NCBI GenBank assembly: GCA_036265815.1
Contig: DATAOI010000102.1
Coordinates: 45,194 to 109,193 of the forward strand
Length of the DNA stretch: 64,000 bases
Direction of reading: 5' to 3'
From: Gemmatimonadales bacterium
GTDB taxonomy: Bacteria; Gemmatimonadota; Gemmatimonadetes; Gemmatimonadales; GWC2-71-9
Positions 15,068 to 23,196 of the stretch are shown in pieces. Both the position numbers and the translations under genes were made by a program. The notes below the pieces were generated by a model, which saw only the letters and a list, made by a program, of their open reading frames with translations, did no database searches and was not told where the DNA came from. Every line of letters starts with the position of its first letter. Positions within the stretch are counted from its first letter, which is position 1.

Positions 15068-16048
15068 CTACGGCGTGCCCAGGCTGGCCCGACTGGGTTT
15101 CGAGCTGCTCTTCTGAGGCCTGATCCGGGCGAGATCCTCCCGGAGCAGCGCCTGATTCACGGCCATGCCGGCCTCCGCCCCTTCGGCCGCGGCCACCACC
15201 ACGAACTGCGCCTCCCGCGACGCGTCGCCGCAAACGTAAAGGCCCGGCAGGTTAGTGGACTCGCACTTTCCGGTGTCCACCGCCCCGGCCTCGGTGAACG
15301 CGCATCCCAAGCGGCCCGGCAGGTCGGAGCGCTGGTGGTGGCCGGCGGCCAGGAAGAGCGCCCGGCGGTCCACGCTGCTTCCATCGAGGAAGACCACCCG
15401 CTCCAGCTGGCCGTCGGCGCCGTCGAGCCGAAGTACCCGCTCCTCCCGCAGGGGCACGCCGACAGCGTCCAGCCTCTCGCGCAGGTGCTCGGGCAGCTCC
15501 GCCGGCCCGTCGGTGCAGAGCACCAGATCATCGGTCCAGACCGTGAGGGCCAGCGCGAGGCCGGCGCCAGCTTCCCCTTGGCCGTAGACGGCAATCGGCT
15601 GATCGCGCCATTCCCAGGCATCGCAGTAGGGACAGTGATGCACGCTCAGGCCGTACAGCGGCGCGAGGCCCTCGATCTCCGGGATCTCGTCGACCACCCC
15701 GGTGGCCAGCAACAGCTTCCGGCTCCGGAGCAGCGTCCCGTCGGCGCAGCGCACGGCGAACCCGTCGGCCTCGGGCGCGGCATCCACCACGTTCGCGTGG
15801 CGCAGCTCGATGCTCTGGTATCGCCGGAGCTCGTCGCGGGCGAGCCGCAGGAGCTCGGAGGGAGGCGTGCCGTCTCGGGTGAGAAATCCGTGGATCTCTC
15901 GGGACCACCAGTTGCGCGGCGCGCCGAGGTCGCAGACCAGCACCCGCCGGCGGCAGCGGCCGAGCATGAGTGCGGCGCTCAAGCCCGCGGGGCCGCCGCC
16001 CACGACGATGCAGTCCCAGGCGGGATCGTCAGGCCGGCGAGACTTCAC
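15068..16048 (-). CDS. Thioredoxin-reductase-like NAD(P)/FAD-dependent oxidoreductase
   Basis: 326 aa. FAD motif CIVVGGGPAGLSAA, redox-active HHCPYCDAWE at the TrxR CxxC position, second dinucleotide fold IAVYGQGEAGAG, and C-terminal GLYVCGDA. Confidence 0.8.
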   Translation of the reverse strand: MKSRRPDDPAWDCIVVGGGPAGLSAALMLGRCRRRVLVCDLGAPRNWWSREIHGFLTRDGTPPSELLRLARDELRRYQSIELRHANVVDAAPEADGFAVRCADGTLLRSRKLLLATGVVDEIPEIEGLAPLYGLSVHHCPYCDAWEWRDQPIAVYGQGEAGAGLALALTVWTDDLVLCTDGPAELPEHLRERLDAVGVPLREERVLRLDGADGQLERVVFLDGSSVDRRALFLAAGHHQRSDLPGRLGCAFTEAGAVDTGKCESTNLPGLYVCGDASREAQFVVVAAAEGAEAGMAVNQALLREDLARIRPQKSSSKPSRASLGTP

Positions 16049-16769
16049 CCGCCTCCATCACCTGTCTGAAGCGGCGGAGATCGTCGGCCACCTGCCGAGC
16101 GGGATCCTCTCCCGCGAGCCTGGCCGCCGCGGTCCCGAGCTTCCCGGCCGGGGGGGAATACCGCAGAATCACCCGAACCTCGGTGCCGTCGCCCCGGGGC
16201 GTGAAATGGACCGAGCCCGCGTGGTCCACATCGGAGTCCGGGAGCGAGCGCCAGGCGATCAACTCGTTCTCGATCTCGTTATGGATCTCCGCATCCCACT
16301 CGACCCTGGTGCCCGCCGGGCCCTTGGCCACCCAGTGAGAGCGCCGGTCATCCAGCCGAGTGACCGACTCGAGGTTGTCCATGAAGCGCGGCAGGTTCTC
16401 GAAGTTCCGCCAGAATCGGAACAGGTCTTCTCGCGCCCGGTTGATCGTGACCGACTGCTCCACCCGAGTCCCGTCGCCATGCCGGAGGCTGGCCACCCGG
16501 CTGGTTCGGCCCTCACCCTGCGCGGAGTTGCGGCCCAGCGCCCGGTTGACGGGACAGCGGCCGGTGACCCCGCGGCGAATGAGCTCTCCCCCGAGCGGCA
16601 GCAATACTCCGCGAAGACGCTTCTGTCGGAGGCTGTAGCCTACGAGGGTCAGACCCGCGAGGCCGGAGATCCACCGCTCGGTCCGGCCCACATTCACCTC
16701 TCGTCGGACGTCCCGGGGATCCAGATGCTCCCATCCGCCGGAGCGTACGCCGTCATACGTCGAAGTCAT
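16029..16769 (-). CDS. SRPBCC (cyclase/dehydrase-type) protein with an N-terminal YgaP-like/DUF2892 membrane segment
   Basis: 246 aa. N-terminal part ERWISGLAGLTLVGYSL...GVTGRCPVNRALG. SRPBCC part VEQSVTINRAREDLFRFWRNFENLPRFMDNLESVTRLDDRRSHWVAKGPAGTRVEWDAEI. Paralogue of 18117..18989. Confidence 0.75.
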   Translation of the reverse strand: MTSTYDGVRSGGWEHLDPRDVRREVNVGRTERWISGLAGLTLVGYSLRQKRLRGVLLPLGGELIRRGVTGRCPVNRALGRNSAQGEGRTSRVASLRHGDGTRVEQSVTINRAREDLFRFWRNFENLPRFMDNLESVTRLDDRRSHWVAKGPAGTRVEWDAEIHNEIENELIAWRSLPDSDVDHAGSVHFTPRGDGTEVRVILRYSPPAGKLGTAAARLAGEDPARQVADDLRRFRQVMEAGEVSPA

Positions 16770-16799
16770 CGCCGTCCTTTCGTGTGCGTGGTAAGTGAG

Positions 16800-17855
16800 T
16801 CAGCCGCGGGCCGGCTCCTGAGGCGCGATCTGGTTGTACCGGCGCGCGGCACGATCGCCGAGCCAGGTGAGCCATGATGGCGAGACCGGCGACTGGCTTT
16901 CCCGCCCGCTGAGGCGCATGCCCGTGGTCGGGTCCATTCGCGGGAGCAGGCGCGCGGCGACGCCCAGGGCCTTGCTGGTGAGCTCGGGCGCGAGTCCGTT
17001 GGCGGCCGCCGCGAGCCAAGTGGAGAGGGGGAAACGGACTTCGGCGTCTCCCCGGGCGCAGCCCGCCAGAATGAGGCGGGCGGCACGCTTGACCGAGATC
17101 GAGAGACCCGGCAGAGAATCCGCGATGCTGAACCAGGCGTATTCGGCGCGGTGCCTGCCGCGGAAGATGGCATTGCGTGGGCTGCCCGTACGCATCAACC
17201 CGGGCACCACCGCCACCACCGCGATCCCCTCGGCGGCGAGCTCGGCCCGGAGCGCCTGAGTCAAGCCCAGCGCCGCAAACTTGCTCGCGCTGTAGGGGAT
17301 CAGATGAGGCACCCCGATCTTGGCCCCGACCGACGTGATGTTCACGATCCTGCCACTGCCGCGGGCCTGCATGTCGGGCAACACGGCGGCAGTGGCGTGC
17401 AGCACACCCCAGAAGTTGGTGTCCATCGCCTCCTGATAGTCCGCCAGTGACATCGCCCCGGCTGGGCCGACCTCGATTACGCCCGCGTTGTTGATCAGCA
17501 CGTCCACCGGTCCCAGCCGCACCCGAACCGATTCGATCAGCTGGCGCACCGAGGCTTGGTGCCGGACGTCGCACGGGATCGCGACGACCTCTCCCCCTCG
17601 TCTCTGAAGAAGCGAGCGCGCGCGCTCCAGGGAGCCGGCGTCCCGGCCGCAGATGGCTACCCGTGCCCCCATCGCTGACGCGGCTTGGGCGAGGGCGAGC
17701 CCCAGGCCGCGGGAGCCACCGGTGATCAGCACCGTCCGTCCGGCGAGGTCGTAGGCGGCCCGGGGCCGACGCAGGCGCCACGCGAGGGCCACGCACACTA
17801 CTGCCGCCGCCACGAGCCGCCCGCGGCGACTCCGGGCCTTGCGCGGTTTGGTCAT
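16800..17855 (-). CDS. Short-chain dehydrogenase/reductase (SDR) with an N-terminal membrane anchor
   Basis: 351 aa. TGGSRGLG (TGxxxGxG), NNAG, and catalytic YSASKFA (YxxxK). N-terminal hydrophobic segment LVAAAVVCVALAW. Confidence 0.85.
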   Translation of the reverse strand: MTKPRKARSRRGRLVAAAVVCVALAWRLRRPRAAYDLAGRTVLITGGSRGLGLALAQAASAMGARVAICGRDAGSLERARSLLQRRGGEVVAIPCDVRHQASVRQLIESVRVRLGPVDVLINNAGVIEVGPAGAMSLADYQEAMDTNFWGVLHATAAVLPDMQARGSGRIVNITSVGAKIGVPHLIPYSASKFAALGLTQALRAELAAEGIAVVAVVPGLMRTGSPRNAIFRGRHRAEYAWFSIADSLPGLSISVKRAARLILAGCARGDAEVRFPLSTWLAAAANGLAPELTSKALGVAARLLPRMDPTTGMRLSGRESQSPVSPSWLTWLGDRAARRYNQIAPQEPARG

Positions 17856-18148
17856 CGCTTGCCGGACCGGCGGCGCGAGTTGGCGGGCCGGGCGCCTTTG
17901 GCGACCTCCCGGTCGTGCTGTTTGTCGTCGAGGGTGGCGCTCAGCCCATCCCGGTGGTCCGGATCCGCCACTTCGTCGGCCGGGGAGGCGTAGTGGCGAC
18001 CAATCCGGTCCTCGTCGCGCGGGTCTTCCAGATCGAGCTCCTCCGGCGCAGTCTCGCCCGCATCCGGCTGCTCCAGTGCGAAGCGGCGCCGCTCATCCTC
18101 CGACATGGTGGCGAAGTCACGACCCAGATTCTTGGCCATGCGTCTCAC
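17852..18148 (-). CDS. Small acidic hypothetical protein
   Basis: Track ORF of 98 aa, rich in D/E with a basic tail (ARPANSRRRSGKR). Alternative starts are ATG 18139 (MAKNLGRDF) and ATG 18106 (MSEDERRRF). Only the last avoids overlap with the upstream gene. No family recognised. Confidence 0.5.
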   Translation of the reverse strand: MRRMAKNLGRDFATMSEDERRRFALEQPDAGETAPEELDLEDPRDEDRIGRHYASPADEVADPDHRDGLSATLDDKQHDREVAKGARPANSRRRSGKR

Positions 18149-18989
18149 TCCTCACGGTACTCTCGAGCAAGGCCTTCATCCGCCCGAGGTCCTCGTTCAA
18201 TTTGGCGCGGGGATCCGCCCCGAAGAGCTCGGCCACGGCCGCGCCGGCACCGCCGCCCGGAGGGTTGTAGCAGAGTCGGAAGTCGATTCCGGTTCCGACC
18301 CCCTCCGTCCGGAAGCGGATGACGCCCGCGTTTTCCAGCGTGGAGCCGGGCTCGCTGCGCCAGGCGATCGCTTCGTTGAGTGTATCCTGCGTCATCACCG
18401 CGTCCCATTCGACCGGAACGCCCGCGGGTCCGCTCACCACCCAATGGGAGCGTCCGGCGCCGAGGTCGGTCACCGACCGCACGTTCGACATGAAGAGCGG
18501 GAAGTTCTCGTAGTTGGTCCAGAAGGCGTACACCCGTTCGACCGGCGCTGCGATGTGCAGCGTCTTCTGGATATCGATCGTCCGGCGCCGCTCGCCCCGG
18601 CGCGGACCCCGGCCGGCCACGCCGGTCCGGAGGTTGGCGGCCAGCAGACCGACGCCCACGGTGCGCGTGGCGGAGCCGACAACACCCCGGCGGGAGAGGC
18701 CGTAGAGGGAGAGGACGCCGCCGGCCAGCGCCAGTATCAGCTCCACGAGTGAGCGGGATGCCGGGCCGCTACGGGTCAGATTCGCGGCCTCCAACCCGCC
18801 GATGTCTCCTGCCCGGCTTCCGTATCGACGCACCGCCATCGGCTCGGCGGCGGGCGCGCCGGATCGGACAGTCATCCGGGTGATGCGCACGCGCGCGCGA
18901 GTTCTTCTCGCTTCCCCACGCTCCGGATCCAGGAAGTAGACCAATCCGGCGCCGAGTGCCGCGCCACTCAAGAAATCCTTGGCTCCCAT
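18117..18989 (-). CDS. SRPBCC (cyclase/dehydrase-type) protein, second paralogue
   Basis: Track ORF 18117..19037. ATG 18989 gives MGAKDFLSGAALGAGLVYFLDPERGEARRTRAR. Core QKTLHIAAPVERVYAFWTNYENFPLFMSNVRSVTDLGAGRSHWVVSGPAGVPVEWDAVM aligns motif for motif with 16029..16769. Confidence 0.75.
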   Translation of the reverse strand: MGAKDFLSGAALGAGLVYFLDPERGEARRTRARVRITRMTVRSGAPAAEPMAVRRYGSRAGDIGGLEAANLTRSGPASRSLVELILALAGGVLSLYGLSRRGVVGSATRTVGVGLLAANLRTGVAGRGPRRGERRRTIDIQKTLHIAAPVERVYAFWTNYENFPLFMSNVRSVTDLGAGRSHWVVSGPAGVPVEWDAVMTQDTLNEAIAWRSEPGSTLENAGVIRFRTEGVGTGIDFRLCYNPPGGGAGAAVAELFGADPRAKLNEDLGRMKALLESTVRSETHGQESGS

Positions 18990-19033
18990 ACGCTCAAACC
19001 TGCCTGTTCGGCGTGCTGAGGCTGTGATCGCCC

Positions 19034-19085
19034 TCACACGAGGCGCTCACACGAGGCGTTCACACGAGGCGCTCACCTGAGCGGT
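19034..19085. repeat. 13-bp tandem direct repeat, three full copies plus a degenerate fourth, in a divergent intergenic region
   Basis: TCACACGAGGCGC / TCACACGAGGCGT / TCACACGAGGCGC / TCACCTGAGCGGT at 19034, 19047, 19060 and 19073. It lies between the minus-strand start at 18989 and the plus-strand start at 19183. Confidence 0.9.
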
Positions 19086-19182
19086 GCGCGATGCTCTGGT
19101 GCGGCGCATCGACGTGCTCCTCGTCCGCCCTTACCTTTCACGGGTCTGCATCCACCCACACCGAAGGGAGTGCAAGGCGTAC

Positions 19183-19545
19183 ATGGGGCTCATCTTTCTG
19201 GCGATCGGACTTGCCGCGGGCGTGCTTTCGGGACTGTTCGGAATCGGCGGGGGCCTGCTCATCGTGCCCACCCTCGTGACCCTGACCAACTTTTCGACGA
19301 AGACCGCGCTGGGCACCTCTCTCGCATCGCTGCTGCTGCCGGTCGGGCTCCTCGGCGCCTACACCTACTATCAGAACGGTCAGGTGAACGTCTCTGCCTC
19401 GCTGCTCATTGCTCTGGGGCTCTTTCTCGGCGCCGGCGTCGGCGCCCGGATCGCCGAGGTGCTGCCGGTGATCACCTTGCAGCGGCTCTTCGCCGTGTTC
19501 CTCGTCGCCATGGCCGTGCGTCTGTGGATTCACGCGGGAGGATGA
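19183..19545 (+). CDS. Half-size (4-TM) TSUP/TauE-SafE family membrane protein
   Basis: Track ORF 19084..19545. ATG 19183 is preceded by GAAGGGAG at 19163-19170. The 120-aa product MGLIFLAIGLAAGVLSGLFGIGGGLLIVP... has four hydrophobic spans and the family GxGGG motif. Confidence 0.75.
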   Translation: MGLIFLAIGLAAGVLSGLFGIGGGLLIVPTLVTLTNFSTKTALGTSLASLLLPVGLLGAYTYYQNGQVNVSASLLIALGLFLGAGVGARIAEVLPVITLQRLFAVFLVAMAVRLWIHAGG

Positions 19546-19546
19546 C

Positions 19547-20011
19547 ATGGAACTGAGCAGTCCGGCATTCCGCCAGGGGCAGCCGATCCCGGCTGCCTTC
19601 ACCTGCGACGGGGATGACCGCTCACCCACCCTCGCGTGGAGCGGCGCGCCCGGGGAGACCCGGAGCCTGGCGCTCCTCTGCGAAGATCCCGACGCGCCCC
19701 GGGGCATCTGGGTCCACTGGGTGATCTTCAACCTGCCGGCGGACGCGGTCGAGCTGGAGGAGGGCGTGCCCGCGCTGCCTCAGCTCCCTTCGGGCGCACG
19801 TCAGGGCACCAACGACAGCAGCCACCTTGGATACAACGGCCCCTGTCCTCCGCCGGGCAACCCCCACCGCTACTTCTTCCGGCTCTATGCGCTCGATGCG
19901 CTGCTCAATCTCGCTCCGGGTGCGAGCCGGGCGGATCTGGAGGAGGCGATGTCCGGCCACATCCTGGGCGACGTCAGTCTCATGGGAACGTACCAGCGCC
20001 GCACGCGTTGA
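19547..20011 (+). CDS. YbhB/YbcL family Raf-kinase-inhibitor-like (PEBP) protein
   Basis: 154 aa. Motifs LLCEDPDAP, WVHWVIFNLP, GYNGPCPPPGNPHRYFFRLYALD. The start lies 1 nt after the upstream TGA. Confidence 0.85.
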   Translation: MELSSPAFRQGQPIPAAFTCDGDDRSPTLAWSGAPGETRSLALLCEDPDAPRGIWVHWVIFNLPADAVELEEGVPALPQLPSGARQGTNDSSHLGYNGPCPPPGNPHRYFFRLYALDALLNLAPGASRADLEEAMSGHILGDVSLMGTYQRRTR

Positions 20012-20028
20012 GCCGCCACAGTCCTCGG

Positions 20029-20550
20029 ATGCGCAACGCTTGGATCGAGCCCGGCCGCGCCACACTGCTCGGCTCACTCCTTCTCTCGGTCTGCGGGCTC
20101 ACCGCCTGCGCCGGCCGGCCGCCCGGCCCGGGCGGACGACCCCTGCCCAAGCCGACCGCCACTGCGAAGCTCACCGATTCGAGCGGTAAACAGGTAGGCC
20201 TCGCGATCTTCACGGCCACGGACACCGGCACCAGTGTGGGCCTCAGCGTCGGCGGTCTCGCGCCCGGACTTCACGGGCTCCAGGTCCACGCGACCGGCCA
20301 GTGCGCACCACCTGATTTCAGCTCTGCCGGCCCCCGCCTGCGCGATCTGCCCGACCTCCTGGTCCAGGCGGACGGCTCGGCGGACACCACCTTTCCGCTC
20401 GACCCGGCGCTCCTCCGGCCGGGCCCGTCCTCGCTGCTGCGACCGGAGGGCACCGCGATCGTGGTGCACGCCGAGGCGGGTGATCAATCCAGTGAACCGA
20501 GCGACGGCTCGGGCGACCGGATCGCCTGCGGTACGATCGAGCCCGACTGA
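20029..20550 (+). CDS. Cu/Zn-superoxide-dismutase-like lipoprotein with an incomplete metal-ligand set
   Basis: In-frame ATG 20029 within track ORF 19636..20550. Lipobox LSVCGLTAC. SodC-like GLHGLQVHATGQC and IVVHAEAGDQ...GDRIACGTI. The zinc-loop histidines are not visible. Confidence 0.7.
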   Translation: MRNAWIEPGRATLLGSLLLSVCGLTACAGRPPGPGGRPLPKPTATAKLTDSSGKQVGLAIFTATDTGTSVGLSVGGLAPGLHGLQVHATGQCAPPDFSSAGPRLRDLPDLLVQADGSADTTFPLDPALLRPGPSSLLRPEGTAIVVHAEAGDQSSEPSDGSGDRIACGTIEPD

Positions 20551-20551
20551 C

Positions 20552-21592
20552 GTGGCCACGCTGCTCCGCCTGACCGATCACGGCCTCTATTGCGAGGCCG
20601 GCGACTTTCACGTCGACCCGTGGGGCGCGGTGCCTCGCGCCGTGGTGACGCACGCGCACGGCGACCACGTGGCCTGGGGATGTGGCTCCTATCTGACCAC
20701 CACCTCCGGCCTGCCGCCGCTCCGCGCCCGGCTCGACCGGGATGCTCGGATCCGCGCACTCGCCTACGGCGAAGCCATCGTGATCAATGGCGTCCGCGTG
20801 TCGCTGCATCCCGCGGGGCACATTCTCGGATCGGCCCAGGTCCGGATGGAATACCAGGGCGAGGTCTGGGTCGTCTCGGGAGACTACAAGATCGACCCCG
20901 ACCCGACCTGCGCCGCGTTCGAGCCGGTGCGCTGCCACACCTTCGTCACCGAGTCGACCTTCGGCCTGCCAATCTACCGCTGGCCGCCGCAGCAGGAGGT
21001 ATTCGCCGAGATCAACGCCTGGTGGCGCGCCAACCAGCGCGCGGGCAAGGCCACGCTGCTCTTCGCGTACGCGCTGGGGAAGGCGCAGCGGCTGCTCGCC
21101 GGTCTCGATCCGTCGCTGGGGCCGATCTTCACCCATGGAGCGGTCGAGCGGATGACCCAGGCGTACTTGGCCGCCGGGGTCCAGCTTCCTCTCACTACCC
21201 ACGCGGCCACGGTGGAGCGCGGCGCCGATTGGAGCCAGGCGCTCGTGCTCGCCCCACCGTCCGCTGACGGCTCTCCTTGGACCCGGCGATTCGGAAACCA
21301 GGCGACGGGCTTTGCCTCGGGCTGGATGCTGGTTCGCGGCGCCCGCCGGCGGGGCGCGCTCGATCGCGGATTCGCCTTGTCCGACCACGTGGATTGGCCC
21401 GGTCTAATGGCCGCGATCGACGCGACCGGCGCCTCGCGGATCTGGGTCACCCACGGTTACTCCAGCGTGGTGGTCCGCTGGCTGCGTGAGCGGGGCCTCG
21501 AAGCTCACCTGGTCCAGACTCGCTTCGAAGGCGAACGGGACGACGAGGAGCGCGACGCCGACGCGGCCGTGGCCTCGCCGGAGTACCCATGA
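20552..21592 (+). CDS. Ligase-associated DNA damage response exonuclease (MBL/beta-CASP fold)
   Basis: GTG 20552 is in frame in track ORF 20234..21592, 1 nt after the upstream stop. Motifs VVTHAHGDHVAWG, VSGDYK, TFVTESTFGLPIYRWP, SDHVDWPGL, WVTHGY. Confidence 0.8.
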   Translation: MATLLRLTDHGLYCEAGDFHVDPWGAVPRAVVTHAHGDHVAWGCGSYLTTTSGLPPLRARLDRDARIRALAYGEAIVINGVRVSLHPAGHILGSAQVRMEYQGEVWVVSGDYKIDPDPTCAAFEPVRCHTFVTESTFGLPIYRWPPQQEVFAEINAWWRANQRAGKATLLFAYALGKAQRLLAGLDPSLGPIFTHGAVERMTQAYLAAGVQLPLTTHAATVERGADWSQALVLAPPSADGSPWTRRFGNQATGFASGWMLVRGARRRGALDRGFALSDHVDWPGLMAAIDATGASRIWVTHGYSSVVVRWLRERGLEAHLVQTRFEGERDDEERDADAAVASPEYP

Positions 21593-23190
21593 AAGCCTTC
21601 GCCCGGCTCTACACGGCGCTCGACGAGACCAGCGCGACCAGCGGCAAGGTGGCGGCGCTCGCCGAGTTCTTTCGTAGCTCGCCGCCGGGCGACGCGGCCT
21701 GGGCGATCCATTTTCTGATCGGCCGCCGCCCCAAGCGGCTGGTCGGGTCTCCCCGCCTCCGGACCTGGGCCGCGGCAGAGGCGGGAATTCCCGACTGGCT
21801 CTTCGAGGAGAGCTACCACGCCGTGGGCGATCTGGCGGAGACCGTGACCCTGCTGCTGCCCGATCGGGAGAGCTCCGCCGACCAGCCGCTCGCATGGTGG
21901 GTCGAGGAGCGGTTGATGACGCTGCGCGATCAGGACGAATCGGTGCAGCGCGAGATGATGCTGCGGGCCTGGCGAGAGCTCGACCGCTGGGAGCGCTACG
22001 TGTGGAACAAGCTGATCACCGGCAGCTTCCGCGTGGGGGTGTCTTCGGGGCTGGTGGTCCGAGCCCTGGCGGAGGTGAGCGGGGTGGAAGAGGGCGTGAT
22101 CGCCCACCGGCTGATGGGAGCATGGCATCCGACCCCAGAGTTCTTCCAGCGGCTGGTGGCCACCGACACCCGCGACGCCGACGTGAGCCGGCCCTATCCC
22201 TTCTATCTCGCGTACCCACTGGAGGACGATCCGGCCCTCCTGGGTGATCCCGCGGAATGGATGGCGGAGTGGAAATGGGACGGCATCCGTGCCCAGCTCG
22301 TCCGCCGCACGGGCCGCACATTCCTTTGGTCCCGGGGCGAGGAGCTTCTGAGCGGCCGCTTTCCCGAGGTGGAGCAAGCGGCCGCGCTGCTGCCGGACGG
22401 GACGGTGCTCGACGGCGAGCTCCTCCCCTGGGCAGAGGGCGGGCCGCTCCCCTTCGCACAGCTGCAGCGCCGGATCGGGCGGACCACGCTCGGCGCCAAG
22501 ATTCTGGCGGAGGTGCCGGTGGCACTGGTCGCCTACGACCTGCTGGAGGAGTCGGGCGAGGATCTCCGGGCGCTTGGGTTTCGGGAGCGCCGCCGCCGTC
22601 TCGCCAGGCTCCTGGAGCACATTCCCTCCGCGGGGCGACTGATGTTGTCACCAGTCATCCCGGCGGAGACCTGGGCCGAGTTGGCGGGGGCGCGGAGACG
22701 CGCCCGGGAGGTGGGAGCGGAGGGGTTGATGCTCAAGCGCCTGGAGAGCGCCTACGGCGTCGGCCGCCGCCGGGGCGATTGGTGGAAATGGAAGGTCGAG
22801 GCGCTCAGCGTGGACGCCGTGCTGATCTACGCCCAGCCGGGGAGCGGCCGGCGGGCCGGCCTCTTCACCGACTACACCTTCGGCATCTGGGATGGAGACC
22901 GGCTGGTGCCGTTCGCCAAAGCCTACACCGGGCTCAGCGACGAGGAGATCCGCCGGGTGGACGCCTTCGTCCGGCGGAATACGCTGGAGAAATTCGGCCC
23001 CGTGCGTACGGTCAAGCCCGAGCTGGTGTTCGAGCTCGCGTTCGAGGGCATTCAGCGCTCCAGCCGGCACAAGTCGGGCGTCGCGGTCCGGTTTCCCCGG
23101 ATGGCTCGCTGGCGTGACGACAAGCGGCCGGAGCAGGCGGACACGATCGAAACGGTGCGGGCGCTGCTGGGGCCGGGCGGCGGACAGTAG
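21589..23190 (+). CDS. ATP-dependent DNA ligase of the ligase-associated damage-response type
   Basis: 533 aa. Adenylation motif I EWKWDGIRAQLV (KxDG), then GEELLSGRFPE, VLDGELL, EGLMLKR and a C-terminal OB-fold domain. ATGA overlap with the exonuclease. Confidence 0.85.
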   Translation: MKAFARLYTALDETSATSGKVAALAEFFRSSPPGDAAWAIHFLIGRRPKRLVGSPRLRTWAAAEAGIPDWLFEESYHAVGDLAETVTLLLPDRESSADQPLAWWVEERLMTLRDQDESVQREMMLRAWRELDRWERYVWNKLITGSFRVGVSSGLVVRALAEVSGVEEGVIAHRLMGAWHPTPEFFQRLVATDTRDADVSRPYPFYLAYPLEDDPALLGDPAEWMAEWKWDGIRAQLVRRTGRTFLWSRGEELLSGRFPEVEQAAALLPDGTVLDGELLPWAEGGPLPFAQLQRRIGRTTLGAKILAEVPVALVAYDLLEESGEDLRALGFRERRRRLARLLEHIPSAGRLMLSPVIPAETWAELAGARRRAREVGAEGLMLKRLESAYGVGRRRGDWWKWKVEALSVDAVLIYAQPGSGRRAGLFTDYTFGIWDGDRLVPFAKAYTGLSDEEIRRVDAFVRRNTLEKFGPVRTVKPELVFELAFEGIQRSSRHKSGVAVRFPRMARWRDDKRPEQADTIETVRALLGPGGGQ

Positions 23191-23196
23191 TCTGGC

